This document shows, piece by piece, positions 16,489 to 26,785 of a DNA stretch of 52,216 nt. The stretch's first letter is position 1. Each line of letters starts with the position of its first letter. The DNA is from a virus. Lineage: Duplodnaviria > Caudoviricetes. Location of the stretch: IMG/VR virus record IMGVR_UViG_3300003177_000008, positions 1-52,216 of that record; one strand, 5' to 3'. The translations under genes and the position numbers were made by a program. The notes under the pieces were generated by a model that worked only from the letters and a program-made list of their open reading frames with translations, ran no database searches and was not told the DNA's origin.

Positions 16489-19400
16489 ACCCCTTCTTTT
16501 TATTTCCTTTTTAATATCCTCTAATACACCCTCTAATCTCTGAGCCTCTCTCTTCTCCTTAACCCTTTCTAAGAAGAATCTCTCCATCTGAGACGAAAAC
16601 ATACTCTGTTCATCTATTCTATAAAAGTATCCATTAGCAGTAACACATACATTATGCTTCTTAAGAACCTTAGAAATCTCTTCAGAGTTTTCTAATAAAT
16701 TAGTATAATACTCTCTTTCCTCAACAAGATCATTAATCTCACCATTATGTTTTTTAACTATTTCTCCTAATGGTAGGTAGCGACCCTCTTCTATAACGAT
16801 TCCGTCTTTTTCAACCTTATCCGGATACTCTGTTCTATTTAGTTTTTCTTTTATAAAATAATTAAAATATTTTTTTCTTATTTCTTTCAGATCTGGATGA
16901 AGTTCATAATCCTTTACCAAAGTATCTCCACCTATATTAAACGCTCTAATAAGTGAAGGATATAGGGATGTAAAGTCAAAAGATGATACAAAATCATATT
17001 TCCCTGGAACCGTTCGAACCCATCCAGCTAAGAACTGTACATCTTCTTCTGAATATTGTTGTTTTAGTGGTAGAACTAGATTTTTCTTCATAGACTCTTT
17101 AAACATTAAAGCCACCCAGTGTTTTTGAGTACCCCAGTTATCGTCAGGTGATACTCCACAAAAGTATGCAATTTGTAGGTGAGAATCTAAATACTTAGTA
17201 AGATCATCAAGCTCTACAAGAATCTCAACATCTCTCAAAGAATAATCTACGAATCTGTCATATACTACCTGTTCTAACATTTTCTTATTTTCAGGTGTAG
17301 GATCATCTCTATACCTCTTCTGAGCATCAAATATAGGATCTTCTCCTATCTGAGGCTCCTCTAGAGGAAATATGTATCCGTCTCCCGTATAACTACCATC
17401 GAAATTTTTATAAGAGGAGTTATCAATTTTTTGACTTAGACCGAAATGATTAGCTACATTCTTTAAACTATAACTAGGAAGTCCTAAGAAGCCATACTTT
17501 AAAGCTAACTCTCTATAATCAAGTAGTAATCTTCCCCTCCAAAATACCTCAACTCCATCCATTCCATCTAGTGTGTGAGTATCTTTACCATTAACTACAC
17601 CTAGAGGAGATAATCTATTAACATTAGGCATATCTATATAGCTATTTCTCTTATTTAGTTCTTCTTTATAGTTACCATTAAATCCATCAAGAACTCTAGC
17701 TATTCTATTAGTTAAGTAAGGAAAGTCAAACGTTTTACAGTTATGTGTATATATTCCCTGATACTCAAAGTAGTGATTACTAGTCTCTATATCTCTCATT
17801 AGTACACTATCACCCTCTTTTATATCTTTTATACGAATAAAAAAACTACACTTATCTGTTATAAAATATGTAGTATTAAATTGTTTTGATTTTTTTTCTA
17901 GCTTTTCTAACCTTTTAATATTAGTAAATCTCTCTTTAATTTTTATACTATCTTTTAAAATATCTAGAGACTCCGAATCCATGAATGGTCTTAGATACGT
18001 ATTATTCTCTAAAACAAAAGATCCATTCCATCTTAATAATTCTGATACGTTAGAGATATCATTATTAAAATTACAAAAAGTTCCATCTATAGAGCCATCT
18101 CCATCTACTAATCCTGAGTAAAAATATAAAAATTGCTTTTTAGATAGCTGACTTAGTAAGTATATATCTATACATTTTTTAGATTTAGCATTAATATGAT
18201 CATATATTAAAGCTTTAGCTATTAGAAATCTAGCATTACTTAAAAATGCAAATTTAAAAATATATGAATCTTTATGATCTTCAGACTCGAACTTTTTGTA
18301 TTTAAACTTATATTTATCTTTAAGATTTTCAACTACTTTTATATTAGTATTAGTAATAGATGCTTCAGATTTATAACTAGATGTTCCGTCTGTATACCAT
18401 AAACCTGCTAGATACAAAATATCTTCAGATATAACATCATCTAAACGTTCTAATATAGATGTTGTAGGCCTTTTATCTCCATTATATCCGTTATTAAATA
18501 TTTTAATAGATTTACTTCTTTCTATAAATTTAATAACCTCATTCTTTCCTAATTTTTCTAGTATATGTTTACTACTAAAAAAATCCATTTTCTTCTGATA
18601 GATCTCTCCCTCGTAATATTTAGATAGTTTTCTAACTATTTGAGTATCCCTAGTATAAATAAAAATCCCCTTCTTATGAAGAATATCTAAATTTTCAATT
18701 AGTAGTTGTCTATACGTAACATCTCTATTAGTATTATTATGAATTTTATGTTCTAGATATATATAATGATTATCTAGAGAATTAGAAATATTCTCTACAG
18801 TCATGTCCTCTTCTATTAATTCTCCAGAATTATAAGGTGTAAAATATTTACCTTTCGGTACTCTATATGTTTTAAATATATGATCCTTAGATGATGAAAC
18901 TTTCATTCCGTTATCTAATATAATATCAAAAGATTTTTTCTTACTAATAGGAAATATATTTTCTACATATACTCTATCTTCTGACAATCTATCTTTATAT
19001 TTTATATCTGTAAGCTTCTTAATTTTATTATCTGTCCAAATATTAGAATCCAGAGGAATGCAGTTAAAACCAGAAATAATAGAAGGATTATGTTTCTCTA
19101 AAAGCTTTATGAAAAATTCTAGAAGATCTCTCTCATCTTCAATCTTTATAAATTTTACATTATCCTTTTCAAATTTTCCTGTAAAATTCTTTCTTCCTAG
19201 GACTATATATTGATTCGTAAAATTATCATAAATCTGAATCATTGTAATCTCTTCAGGAGCCATATCTGCATGAGGAAAGTGTTGCACTGCATAGTTAGAT
19301 CTAGTCTCAATATCTAGCATCCAAATTCTATGAGTATGAAAACTACTTTCAGAATCAGGAAATGCTCTTTGTAGGAAGGTATGACCTAAATCTAAATATC

Positions 19401-19782
19401 CGAAAGCATCATCTTCAAAGATAGTTTCCTCTATTTCTATCTCTTCTCCATCATACTCAATAGTTTTAATTTCACCTGTCTTTATTTTAATATTTTTTAC
19501 AAATTTATTAAACTCATCTAATGATTCAAAAGATTTTTTAGTAAGAGGTATTTTCTTATCTAAGTAAGACTTATACGGGGAATTTGGTGATTTATTATCT
19601 GAAATAAATATATCAGGAATACTATAATCTGTAACATCTCTAAAAAAAGATTCTTTAGTCTTAGGATCGAAAAGTCTTACTACTACTTGTTTAATTTTTT
19701 TAGTTCTTTTTCCTGATGGTATCTCTTTAGTTAGTGTAAAGATACTTTCATACTGATATTTAGAATAATCTGGTAAATTCAT
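16474..19782 (-). CDS. gp43: B-family DNA polymerase N-terminal subunit (exonuclease plus motif A), with intein
   Basis: LDIET (ExoI), GFN..FDFPY (ExoII), YSLRD (ExoIII), FDFTSLYPS (motif A). Confidence 0.92.
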   Translation of the reverse strand: MNLPDYSKYQYESIFTLTKEIPSGKRTKKIKQVVVRLFDPKTKESFFRDVTDYSIPDIFISDNKSPNSPYKSYLDKKIPLTKKSFESLDEFNKFVKNIKIKTGEIKTIEYDGEEIEIEETIFEDDAFGYLDLGHTFLQRAFPDSESSFHTHRIWMLDIETRSNYAVQHFPHADMAPEEITMIQIYDNFTNQYIVLGRKNFTGKFEKDNVKFIKIEDERDLLEFFIKLLEKHNPSIISGFNCIPLDSNIWTDNKIKKLTDIKYKDRLSEDRVYVENIFPISKKKSFDIILDNGMKVSSSKDHIFKTYRVPKGKYFTPYNSGELIEEDMTVENISNSLDNHYIYLEHKIHNNTNRDVTYRQLLIENLDILHKKGIFIYTRDTQIVRKLSKYYEGEIYQKKMDFFSSKHILEKLGKNEVIKFIERSKSIKIFNNGYNGDKRPTTSILERLDDVISEDILYLAGLWYTDGTSSYKSEASITNTNIKVVENLKDKYKFKYKKFESEDHKDSYIFKFAFLSNARFLIAKALIYDHINAKSKKCIDIYLLSQLSKKQFLYFYSGLVDGDGSIDGTFCNFNNDISNVSELLRWNGSFVLENNTYLRPFMDSESLDILKDSIKIKERFTNIKRLEKLEKKSKQFNTTYFITDKCSFFIRIKDIKEGDSVLMRDIETSNHYFEYQGIYTHNCKTFDFPYLTNRIARVLDGFNGNYKEELNKRNSYIDMPNVNRLSPLGVVNGKDTHTLDGMDGVEVFWRGRLLLDYRELALKYGFLGLPSYSLKNVANHFGLSQKIDNSSYKNFDGSYTGDGYIFPLEEPQIGEDPIFDAQKRYRDDPTPENKKMLEQVVYDRFVDYSLRDVEILVELDDLTKYLDSHLQIAYFCGVSPDDNWGTQKHWVALMFKESMKKNLVLPLKQQYSEEDVQFLAGWVRTVPGKYDFVSSFDFTSLYPSLIRAFNIGGDTLVKDYELHPDLKEIRKKYFNYFIKEKLNRTEYPDKVEKDGIVIEEGRYLPLGEIVKKHNGEINDLVEEREYYTNLLENSEEISKVLKKHNVCVTANGYFYRIDEQSMFSSQMERFFLERVKEKREAQRLEGVLEDIKKEIKRRGLEDI
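17740..19062 (-). mobile_element. 441-aa intein with LAGLIDADG endonuclease in the ExoII motif
   Basis: Junctions GFN|CIPLDS and IYTHN|CKTFD; LAGLWYTDG and YSGLVDGDG. Confidence 0.92.
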
Positions 19783-19818
19783 CTCTCTCCTTTTCTCTTT
19801 ATTATATAATAACTTTCT

Positions 19819-20571
19819 TTAATTTCTCATAAAATTTATATTTTTATATAAAAGTTTCATATCCCAGTCTATATCCTCATCGAATATATCATGAATAATA
19901 CTTTTAGGCTTTTCTTCTATATCTTCAAGATCTCTTCTCTCATATGTACAAACTACTGGAAGGCTTGTATCCATACTATCTATAAATTCTAAACCCGGAA
20001 TATTAAACTCTTGAAATTCGTTAGGATGAAGAGAGCCTAGTAAATGATGTTTTCTTTTATGATTAATAACTCCATCTATAAACATCTTTTTAATTACTAT
20101 AGATCTTTTTGTATCTTTCATAAAAGAATCTCCACCTGAAAATGCAATTATATCAGAATCTTTAGAATGCTGATCAAAATATCTATAACACTTAACATAG
20201 TCATCATAATCTCTTCCGTGAACTACTAGAATCTTCTTAAAAGATATAAGTTCAATATTATATTTACTTATCCAATTATTAAACAATTCTATATTAGATT
20301 CTGAAGACTCATATGCGTCAGGTAGAATATAATATGTAGGTTTAATATCTAAAATATAGGCTACATATTTCTTTTCATCGAAGGGGATACCTGTAATTCT
20401 ACGCTCATATAAGCTATTATCTAACCATACCTCTCTACCTAAAGATATAGATTCTTTAAAGAAATTATAATAATCTTTATCATCGAATTTAATATCTAAA
20501 GCGTAATCAAAATCATTAAAGAATCTAGAAATCTGAAGAAGATTTCTAGGGGTTTCGTGACTAAATCTCAT
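19819..20571 (-). CDS. TGT-fold (DpdA-related) 7-deazaguanine transglycosylase-like protein
   Basis: WLDNS, ILPD, VVHG, HHLLG, SMDTS motifs; near queC. Confidence 0.65.
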   Translation of the reverse strand: MRFSHETPRNLLQISRFFNDFDYALDIKFDDKDYYNFFKESISLGREVWLDNSLYERRITGIPFDEKKYVAYILDIKPTYYILPDAYESSESNIELFNNWISKYNIELISFKKILVVHGRDYDDYVKCYRYFDQHSKDSDIIAFSGGDSFMKDTKRSIVIKKMFIDGVINHKRKHHLLGSLHPNEFQEFNIPGLEFIDSMDTSLPVVCTYERRDLEDIEEKPKSIIHDIFDEDIDWDMKLLYKNINFMRN

Positions 20572-20574
20572 TTT

Positions 20575-21192
20575 CTATCCTTGATATTCTTCCGGATCTA
20601 TTTTTATAGTACGAAGAATTTGTCTCGCTCGTTGCTTAACACTTCCAGAAACTGTAGTATATACTGTTCTAGTACCTTCTAAAAATTCTTTAATATTATT
20701 ATCAATTTCTTTTTGGAATTTTTTACTATCACTTCGAAGATCTTTTGACTCAATCTCAAACTCGATAGGAACATAAAAAGTATAAACTCTAGAATTATTA
20801 TCCTCTAGTAATTTTCTATTATTTTTAAAATTAAGAGATATAAGTTTTCTAAAGTCTTCTTTCATCGTTTTATCTAATGAGTATTTAAGATAAGCATAAC
20901 TATCAGCAAACCCTCTAGAGCTTAGAAATGAAGTATTAGCTAAATATTCACTTGAGGCATATTCATAAATCTTCTTCTGAGCCTCAAGATATCTTTTCGA
21001 CGAAACATCTTTAAAATCATCTTTATTAAAGAATTTCTCAGACATACTATCTATAATTTTAACTCCCGGGTAGTGCTTAGAAATGATATCTTTAATAGCG
21101 TTATTTAGAGTTGTTTTACCCGTACCTTGAGCTCCTGTTAATATAATTTTAATGTTCTTATTTTTCATTTTATTCCTTAATATATTTGTCAT
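20575..21192 (-). CDS. P-loop nucleotide kinase (AAA_28/NadR-like)
   Basis: TGAQGTGKTT; YVPIEFEIE..D.R. Confidence 0.75.
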   Translation of the reverse strand: MTNILRNKMKNKNIKIILTGAQGTGKTTLNNAIKDIISKHYPGVKIIDSMSEKFFNKDDFKDVSSKRYLEAQKKIYEYASSEYLANTSFLSSRGFADSYAYLKYSLDKTMKEDFRKLISLNFKNNRKLLEDNNSRVYTFYVPIEFEIESKDLRSDSKKFQKEIDNNIKEFLEGTRTVYTTVSGSVKQRARQILRTIKIDPEEYQG

Positions 21193-21910
21193 AAATTTCT
21201 AAAGTTTCTGTGTCTTCCTGACCTCTAGATAATTTAGTACCTACTCTATCCCTAATTTCTTTAATATACTCTTCAGTATAAAAATCTCTAGGATTAGTAT
21301 CATACATATACGATGTATCCTTATACGGCAACATAAATAGCCACTTTCTTACACATGGTTTACATTTTCCGCATTGCTTTTCATTTACCGGAGTATAACA
21401 AGACATGCTTTTTTCTACTAAATCATCTAAATCGTATCCTAGTTTTAGGTACTCATCTACTAGTTGTTTTTTAGTCCAATCTTTATATTTAAGATTAATG
21501 TTAATATCTCTACCTTCTGACCACCAACTATTTGAATAAATTCTACTAAGAAGATTAGATGTTTTTTCTGCAAATTCTAAATCTTTATCTGTAGATCTAT
21601 CTCCAGCAGTAGCTCCTAAAATAATTTCATCACCATAATATGTTCCGATCATAGCTAAAAATAAATTTCTTAAAGGAACCAGAGCTGATTTCATTTCTAC
21701 ATCGCTAAGATCTAATCTTCTATCGATTTCTACCTCTATTCCTTGTTTCTTAAGAAACTCAACTTCTAAATCAGCATATTTACTTCCAGTATGGATATAT
21801 AGAAGAGTGTCGAATTTCTCTAACTTACTAATGATATATGAGTCCATACCTCCACTATATAAAAGAACCTTTCTATTATTAATTTTTCCTAGGTCTTCTG
21901 TTTCAATCAT
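21170..21910 (-). CDS. queC: 7-cyano-7-deazaguanine synthase-like protein
   Basis: SGGMDS, VPLRN, SCY..CGKCKPCVR. Confidence 0.85.
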   Translation of the reverse strand: MIETEDLGKINNRKVLLYSGGMDSYIISKLEKFDTLLYIHTGSKYADLEVEFLKKQGIEVEIDRRLDLSDVEMKSALVPLRNLFLAMIGTYYGDEIILGATAGDRSTDKDLEFAEKTSNLLSRIYSNSWWSEGRDININLKYKDWTKKQLVDEYLKLGYDLDDLVEKSMSCYTPVNEKQCGKCKPCVRKWLFMLPYKDTSYMYDTNPRDFYTEEYIKEIRDRVGTKLSRGQEDTETLEIYDKYIKE

Positions 21911-21947
21911 TTATTCTCCTCTTATTATTATATAGTAATTTTCTTTA

Positions 21948-22421
21948 CTAAGACTTTATTTTACTCATAAGATATTCAAAAATTTCCTTCCAGTTATCCT
22001 TATACAGAATACATTCAGCATCTTTAACATCTTTAAAGAAAATACTTCTATCATCAATAATATAATCAAAATGAATTCGATGCTTCTCATACATATCTAT
22101 AAATCCATCAAATTGAAAGAATTTTAAAATAAACTCGATTTTAGACTTAAAGTGTTTTGGAGTACAATGACTAACAAAAAATATATGAAAGTGTTTATGA
22201 AGCTCGGAGATATATTTAACAGTGTCTTTAATAGGTCTCTTATCATCATATAAATCTTCTTGATTCCAAAACTCTAACATTCTCTCATCTTCTACAGGTT
22301 TAGAGTAATCAGGAGTAACTCCTAGATTATCCTGACACCATTTAGTCCAGTGAGAGTGCATCTCTACTACAGTTTGATCTACATCTATAGCTATAATAGG
22401 TTTACCTTGTTTATCAGCCAA
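21948..22421 (-). CDS. HAD 5'(3')-deoxyribonucleotidase
   Basis: IAIDVDQT, IIDDR. Confidence 0.8.
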   Translation of the reverse strand: MADKQGKPIIAIDVDQTVVEMHSHWTKWCQDNLGVTPDYSKPVEDERMLEFWNQEDLYDDKRPIKDTVKYISELHKHFHIFFVSHCTPKHFKSKIEFILKFFQFDGFIDMYEKHRIHFDYIIDDRSIFFKDVKDAECILYKDNWKEIFEYLMSKIKS

Positions 22422-22424
22422 AAT

Positions 22425-22979
22425 CTATCTCCTACATTTACTAAAATCTGCTTTATACCAATTAGCTTGAGCTTCAGGAGATTTATCTTTTAGCCATTTT
22501 TTATGTTCTTCAGAATAACTACCAACTCTAGAGTTAATCTCCTTCATAACCTCATCCATACATTTAGAAAAATCATATCCTAACATTTCTACTTCTCTAC
22601 CTGAAGTTACAAACATATTTTTCATAGCTTCAAATTCCTCTTCAGGAGTCTTAGCTTCTAAAAATTTATATAGAAGGTAGTTCATTTCAAAAATATAATT
22701 TTCTGTCTCGAACTCATAAAAAGTATCAGAAAGAGACTCAGTTACATCTTCATTATCTTTAATAGAGGTAACGTCAAATTTTCTTTTATACATATCACCT
22801 ACTGCAAATACAACTATATCACAACAAGCATCTATGTATGCCTCTGCATCTTGTTTAATAATAGCATCAACAGCCTCCCCAATCTCTTCTGCAATAAATG
22901 CACAAAATCCATTTCTATCGGGTGTTTGATTATTAAGTCCTCTTTCTTCAGACCATTTGTAAATTTCAATTAATTTCAT
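22425..22979 (-). CDS. MazG-like all-alpha dNTP pyrophosphatase
   Basis: W..ERGL, EEIGE, IDACCD, EINSR. Confidence 0.7.
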   Translation of the reverse strand: MKLIEIYKWSEERGLNNQTPDRNGFCAFIAEEIGEAVDAIIKQDAEAYIDACCDIVVFAVGDMYKRKFDVTSIKDNEDVTESLSDTFYEFETENYIFEMNYLLYKFLEAKTPEEEFEAMKNMFVTSGREVEMLGYDFSKCMDEVMKEINSRVGSYSEEHKKWLKDKSPEAQANWYKADFSKCRR

Positions 22980-23030
22980 TTTTATCCTTTTTATTTTAGT
23001 ATATTATATAGTAATAAATTTATTTTAAAC

Positions 23031-23573
23031 TTAAAATACCTTATCAGCCTCTATATAATCTATTGTTTTTATCATTTTATCATATCTTTCTTTTACATCT
23101 CCGGTAAGAGTAACGTATGGAATTTTATTCTTATCTAGAAATTTTTTAATATTTTTATCTATTTTATTTCTGTATTTTTTATCTTTTGATCTAAATTTAT
23201 CTTGTTCTAAATCAAATTCAATAGGAATATAAAAATGAATAATTTCTTTATCTTTAAGTAATTTTATAAAATCTTTTTTAATTTTCTTATATTGCCTCTT
23301 AGAAATATTTTTAGCCATTTTTGACCAAATCATATAGTCTACTAGGCTTCTATCAGAAATCATAAACTCATTTGTGATAATTTGATGAGACATAAATGCA
23401 GTCACTGCATATTGAAATTCATATGAGGTATCTTCATTTAGAGGAAAATTAAAATAACTATGCATCGTTCTAATAAAATTATCTGGTTTATAATACTGCG
23501 AATGATCTAACAAAAATTTGTCAACCAGCGTAGTCTTACCCACCCCGGATGCTCCTGTAAATAGTATTCTCAT
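23031..23573 (-). CDS. P-loop nucleotide kinase (AAA_28-like), paralog of 20575
   Basis: TGASGVGKTT, SDRSLVD, YIPIEF. Confidence 0.75.
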   Translation of the reverse strand: MRILFTGASGVGKTTLVDKFLLDHSQYYKPDNFIRTMHSYFNFPLNEDTSYEFQYAVTAFMSHQIITNEFMISDRSLVDYMIWSKMAKNISKRQYKKIKKDFIKLLKDKEIIHFYIPIEFDLEQDKFRSKDKKYRNKIDKNIKKFLDKNKIPYVTLTGDVKERYDKMIKTIDYIEADKVF

Positions 23574-23583
23574 TTTTTTCTCC

Positions 23584-23817
23584 TTAAATAAATAAATGTG
23601 GAAATTTTTTTAAATCTTTAATATCTATTAGATTTTTTTTAATAAATTCCAACTCTACACCTGAGACTTTGAGAGAAATATCGTTTTTTGTATCAACTTT
23701 CCCATTAATGTCGGTGACCATAAACGCACATATATTATAATCACTTATCGCTTTGTGTAACTGATAAACAAAAAAGACTTTATGGTTATATATAAAACAT
23801 GAATTTTGCAAAATCAT
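23584..23817 (-). CDS. hypothetical protein ending FPHLFI
   Basis: ORF track. Confidence 0.65.
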   Translation of the reverse strand: MILQNSCFIYNHKVFFVYQLHKAISDYNICAFMVTDINGKVDTKNDISLKVSGVELEFIKKNLIDIKDLKKFPHLFI

Positions 23818-23853
23818 ATTTTAAAAAGTTCTCTCACATTCAACTCTTTTATA

Positions 23854-24171
23854 TCAGGAAAAAAAGTGATATACTATCATATTATAATATTCATCTGCTA
23901 ATTTTTTATTTTTAAAATAAAAATTTGCTTTTTTAGTTTTAATTATATAATCATAGGTATTCATCTTACTGATGTTTTCATAATCAGGAAATTGATATGA
24001 AAACCGTTGCACTCCAAACATATGTAATTCTATATCTTGCTTTTCTAAAATTATTTGATGTATTGGGTATATAAAATATTCAACTGTATTAAATTCAAAA
24101 TTTGAATCTTTAAATGGGTCCCATATAACTGAGTGAATATATACATCAGGCATATCTTTAACTAATAACAT
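23854..24171 (-). CDS. hypothetical protein
   Basis: ORF track. Confidence 0.6.
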   Translation of the reverse strand: MLLVKDMPDVYIHSVIWDPFKDSNFEFNTVEYFIYPIHQIILEKQDIELHMFGVQRFSYQFPDYENISKMNTYDYIIKTKKANFYFKNKKLADEYYNMIVYHFFS

Positions 24172-24172
24172 T

Positions 24173-24583
24173 TTAGATTACCAATGTTTCTTTGGTTATT
24201 AGATAACTAGCGAGTTCACTTTCATTTTCAAACTCTTTAGATATAAATGACCGTAACCAAGGAGAATCCGCTTGTTGACTTCGCTTGAGAGATTTACATG
24301 TAAAAGCATATTCTGGAATATTTAATTTAAAAGCTTCATAACATTCAATTATTGCCCCAGTAAGGTGGTGACTGATATCTTGTACTCCAAGATTTAGAAT
24401 TAAAATATGAGAATTTTTAAGCCTTGCTAAATCAGTATGCACTATGAAATTATCAGTGTCTTTGAATCCTGCTTTTGTTGTTCTAAATTTGTGGTTAACC
24501 TTTTCTGCAAATCTTTCTGTCCACGCATTGTAAAATAGTGGTGATGGTGTCATATTTCCTGATAGATATAAAATTGGTTTCAT
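24173..24583 (-). CDS. nucleoside 2-deoxyribosyltransferase-like protein
   Basis: LYLSG, DL..L.NS.I, TGAIIECYEA...IP; start MKPIL after SD. Confidence 0.65.
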   Translation of the reverse strand: MKPILYLSGNMTPSPLFYNAWTERFAEKVNHKFRTTKAGFKDTDNFIVHTDLARLKNSHILILNLGVQDISHHLTGAIIECYEAFKLNIPEYAFTCKSLKRSQQADSPWLRSFISKEFENESELASYLITKETLVI

Positions 24584-24603
24584 TTTTATTTCCTTTTTAG
24601 TGT

Positions 24604-24819
24604 CTATAATGATAAAGCAAAAAATAATATACATAGTAAAAATGATATGATCATCTGAATATAATAACTTTTTACTTCATTAATGATTTTTGTTCGAAGA
24701 TTTTTATTTCTATGCAAATTTATGTCTTCAAGATTATCAAGTGTTACTTTTCTTAATTTCAACAAATGATAAAGAGTTACCAGAAACCAAAGCCCTGATA
24801 TAAATGATAATATTAACAT
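24604..24819 (-). CDS. small protein with two TM segments
   Basis: Two hydrophobic segments. Confidence 0.6.
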   Translation of the reverse strand: MLILSFISGLWFLVTLYHLLKLRKVTLDNLEDINLHRNKNLRTKIINEVKSYYIQMIISFLLCILFFALSL

Positions 24820-24868
24820 TTATGTCCTTTTTGTTTATATCTAATATTATAATATAAAATAGTTAATT

Positions 24869-25099
24869 TTATATGAAAAACTGAGGAAAGTCATTATAAA
24901 AGTCTTTTTTATTTTCTCTATATCCCATTATATCATCAAGAGGAATTCTTACGACCCTGTGTCCATAGGGGATATTTAAGGATATATTTAAATATCCTCT
25001 TTTTAGATCTTTATAAAGCTCTTTACGTTTTTTAGGTTTATAGTATTGTTCAACTCTATATTACCCCTCGTAACAGAACAACACAAAACAAGTTTTCAT
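24869..25099 (-). pseudogene. 77-codon frame with in-frame TAA at codon 13, ending FPQFFI
   Basis: TAATG overlap with the ligase stop; manual translation. Confidence 0.55.
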
Positions 25100-26484
25100 T
25101 AACGAACCCTTTCTTTCATTTCCATTGCCATTTCTTTTTGCTCTAATGCTCTTTCTAAAGTGTCAGTTTCTTTTTCTGGTCCTCTAAGTTCTTGATATCT
25201 TGGGTGACTTAATGCATAATGGTCATTATTTTTACCTTTTGTAATATCATTACAATGAAGTGTCATAACATTTCCAATAACTTTATCACGGTTTTCATGA
25301 AACCAATCCCGTACATCTTCAGATAATGTTGTAACACCTACACTACCTATGATGGTTCCTTCATCATTTGCATATTCGATGCTAGAAAAATAATCTTCGT
25401 TTTTAGTTCCTTTATTTCCTTCTGATAACCCTGTAATACGAACATCTAACTCAATAATTAACTTAACTTTTAGTTGTTTTTTTGAATTGCCGTCTTTATG
25501 CGTCATATCGTATGCTTTGATAACAGTTCCTTCATCACCTCTTTCCGTAACTTCTTGAAAATGTTCATATGCTTCTTTCATATTTTTAACGATTCTGTAT
25601 TCAATAAGTTCGACATTATCTAAATCATTATAACCAAGTAATGTTTCTAACATTTGAAGTCTATCTTCATATAAAGATAATGTTCCAGCTTTTTCTGCAG
25701 CTTTAATTTCGTCTTTAGTCATACCGTATTCTTGAACGGGAACCATATCCCAAACTGTAAACAAAACATCTTCGTGTGGAATATCATCTGAGTTAATGGT
25801 ACCGTTACCGATAGAGCGATTTTGTTCACCCCTAAGAGTCATTTCACCGATGAATACATAACCTTCTATATCTAAAGATTGTAGTTGTTTTTCTATTAAT
25901 GGAAATGAACTTTCTATGCCTGGTCTTGATGTTATTTCAACATTTCCTCCATCTACAACTGCTCTACGAAATGTTCCGTCCATTTTTAATTCGGAATATA
26001 CTTTATTTTTAAAGTTTCCGTTTTTGTCTAAAGGCATATTTTTTAGGATATTTTTTTCTGTACCAATTTCGCAGCGAGTATAAGGAGGTTTTACAATAAG
26101 ATTTTTAAATACTTTATTAATTTCTGTTCTACCTAAACGGATTTTTAAATCACGGTCAAGAATTCTCTCAATAACAATTCTGTCAGTTTCTGACATTGCT
26201 TCTAAAATATTTTCTACTAAACCTATAGCCGCATTTCCAGTTGTGTTTCTTGTTGCTAATTCATTTTCAAGTAAATCCAACGCCCATCCTAATGTATTTG
26301 TGTTTTCAGAAGTACCCGCACGAACATTTTTCATAGTGACGCCGTACGTGAAGCTTACTTTATCATTTGCCATTTTAAGTACTCTTTTAAGTAACTCATT
26401 ATCTTTATATTTTTCAAGTACTGCTTTCTTGTAATTTGAGCCATTTTCTAAGTTGATCTCATTAATGATGCTGTATATATCCAT
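25099..26484 (-). CDS. gp30: ATP-dependent DNA ligase
   Basis: ELKMDG (KxDG), IGE, EGTVIK, HPR. Confidence 0.9.
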   Translation of the reverse strand: MDIYSIINEINLENGSNYKKAVLEKYKDNELLKRVLKMANDKVSFTYGVTMKNVRAGTSENTNTLGWALDLLENELATRNTTGNAAIGLVENILEAMSETDRIVIERILDRDLKIRLGRTEINKVFKNLIVKPPYTRCEIGTEKNILKNMPLDKNGNFKNKVYSELKMDGTFRRAVVDGGNVEITSRPGIESSFPLIEKQLQSLDIEGYVFIGEMTLRGEQNRSIGNGTINSDDIPHEDVLFTVWDMVPVQEYGMTKDEIKAAEKAGTLSLYEDRLQMLETLLGYNDLDNVELIEYRIVKNMKEAYEHFQEVTERGDEGTVIKAYDMTHKDGNSKKQLKVKLIIELDVRITGLSEGNKGTKNEDYFSSIEYANDEGTIIGSVGVTTLSEDVRDWFHENRDKVIGNVMTLHCNDITKGKNNDHYALSHPRYQELRGPEKETDTLERALEQKEMAMEMKERVR

Positions 26485-26564
26485 TTCGCTATATCCTTTT
26501 TTCTCTTTATATATTATATAATAAAATACCTTAAACTTTGATTAAATATTTAATTAATCATTAT

Positions 26565-26780
26565 TTATCCTTTAATTTCTTCTAATAATTTTTCATTAAA
26601 TTTAATCGCCCTAATACAATCATTAATACGAATACTATCTCTTATTAAATAATGTTCCTTAATAAGTTTACTAATTAGGGCTTCAGCTAATGAAATTTTA
26701 ATTTCAAGAACTTCTTTATATGCTTTTTGAGATAATCCTCTGAGACTATCTCTTCCGTATAAATATTTAGAATCTTTCAA
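26565..26780 (-). CDS. hypothetical protein
   Basis: ORF track. Confidence 0.6.
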   Translation of the reverse strand: MKDSKYLYGRDSLRGLSQKAYKEVLEIKISLAEALISKLIKEHYLIRDSIRINDCIRAIKFNEKLLEEIKG

Positions 26781-26785
26781 TATTT

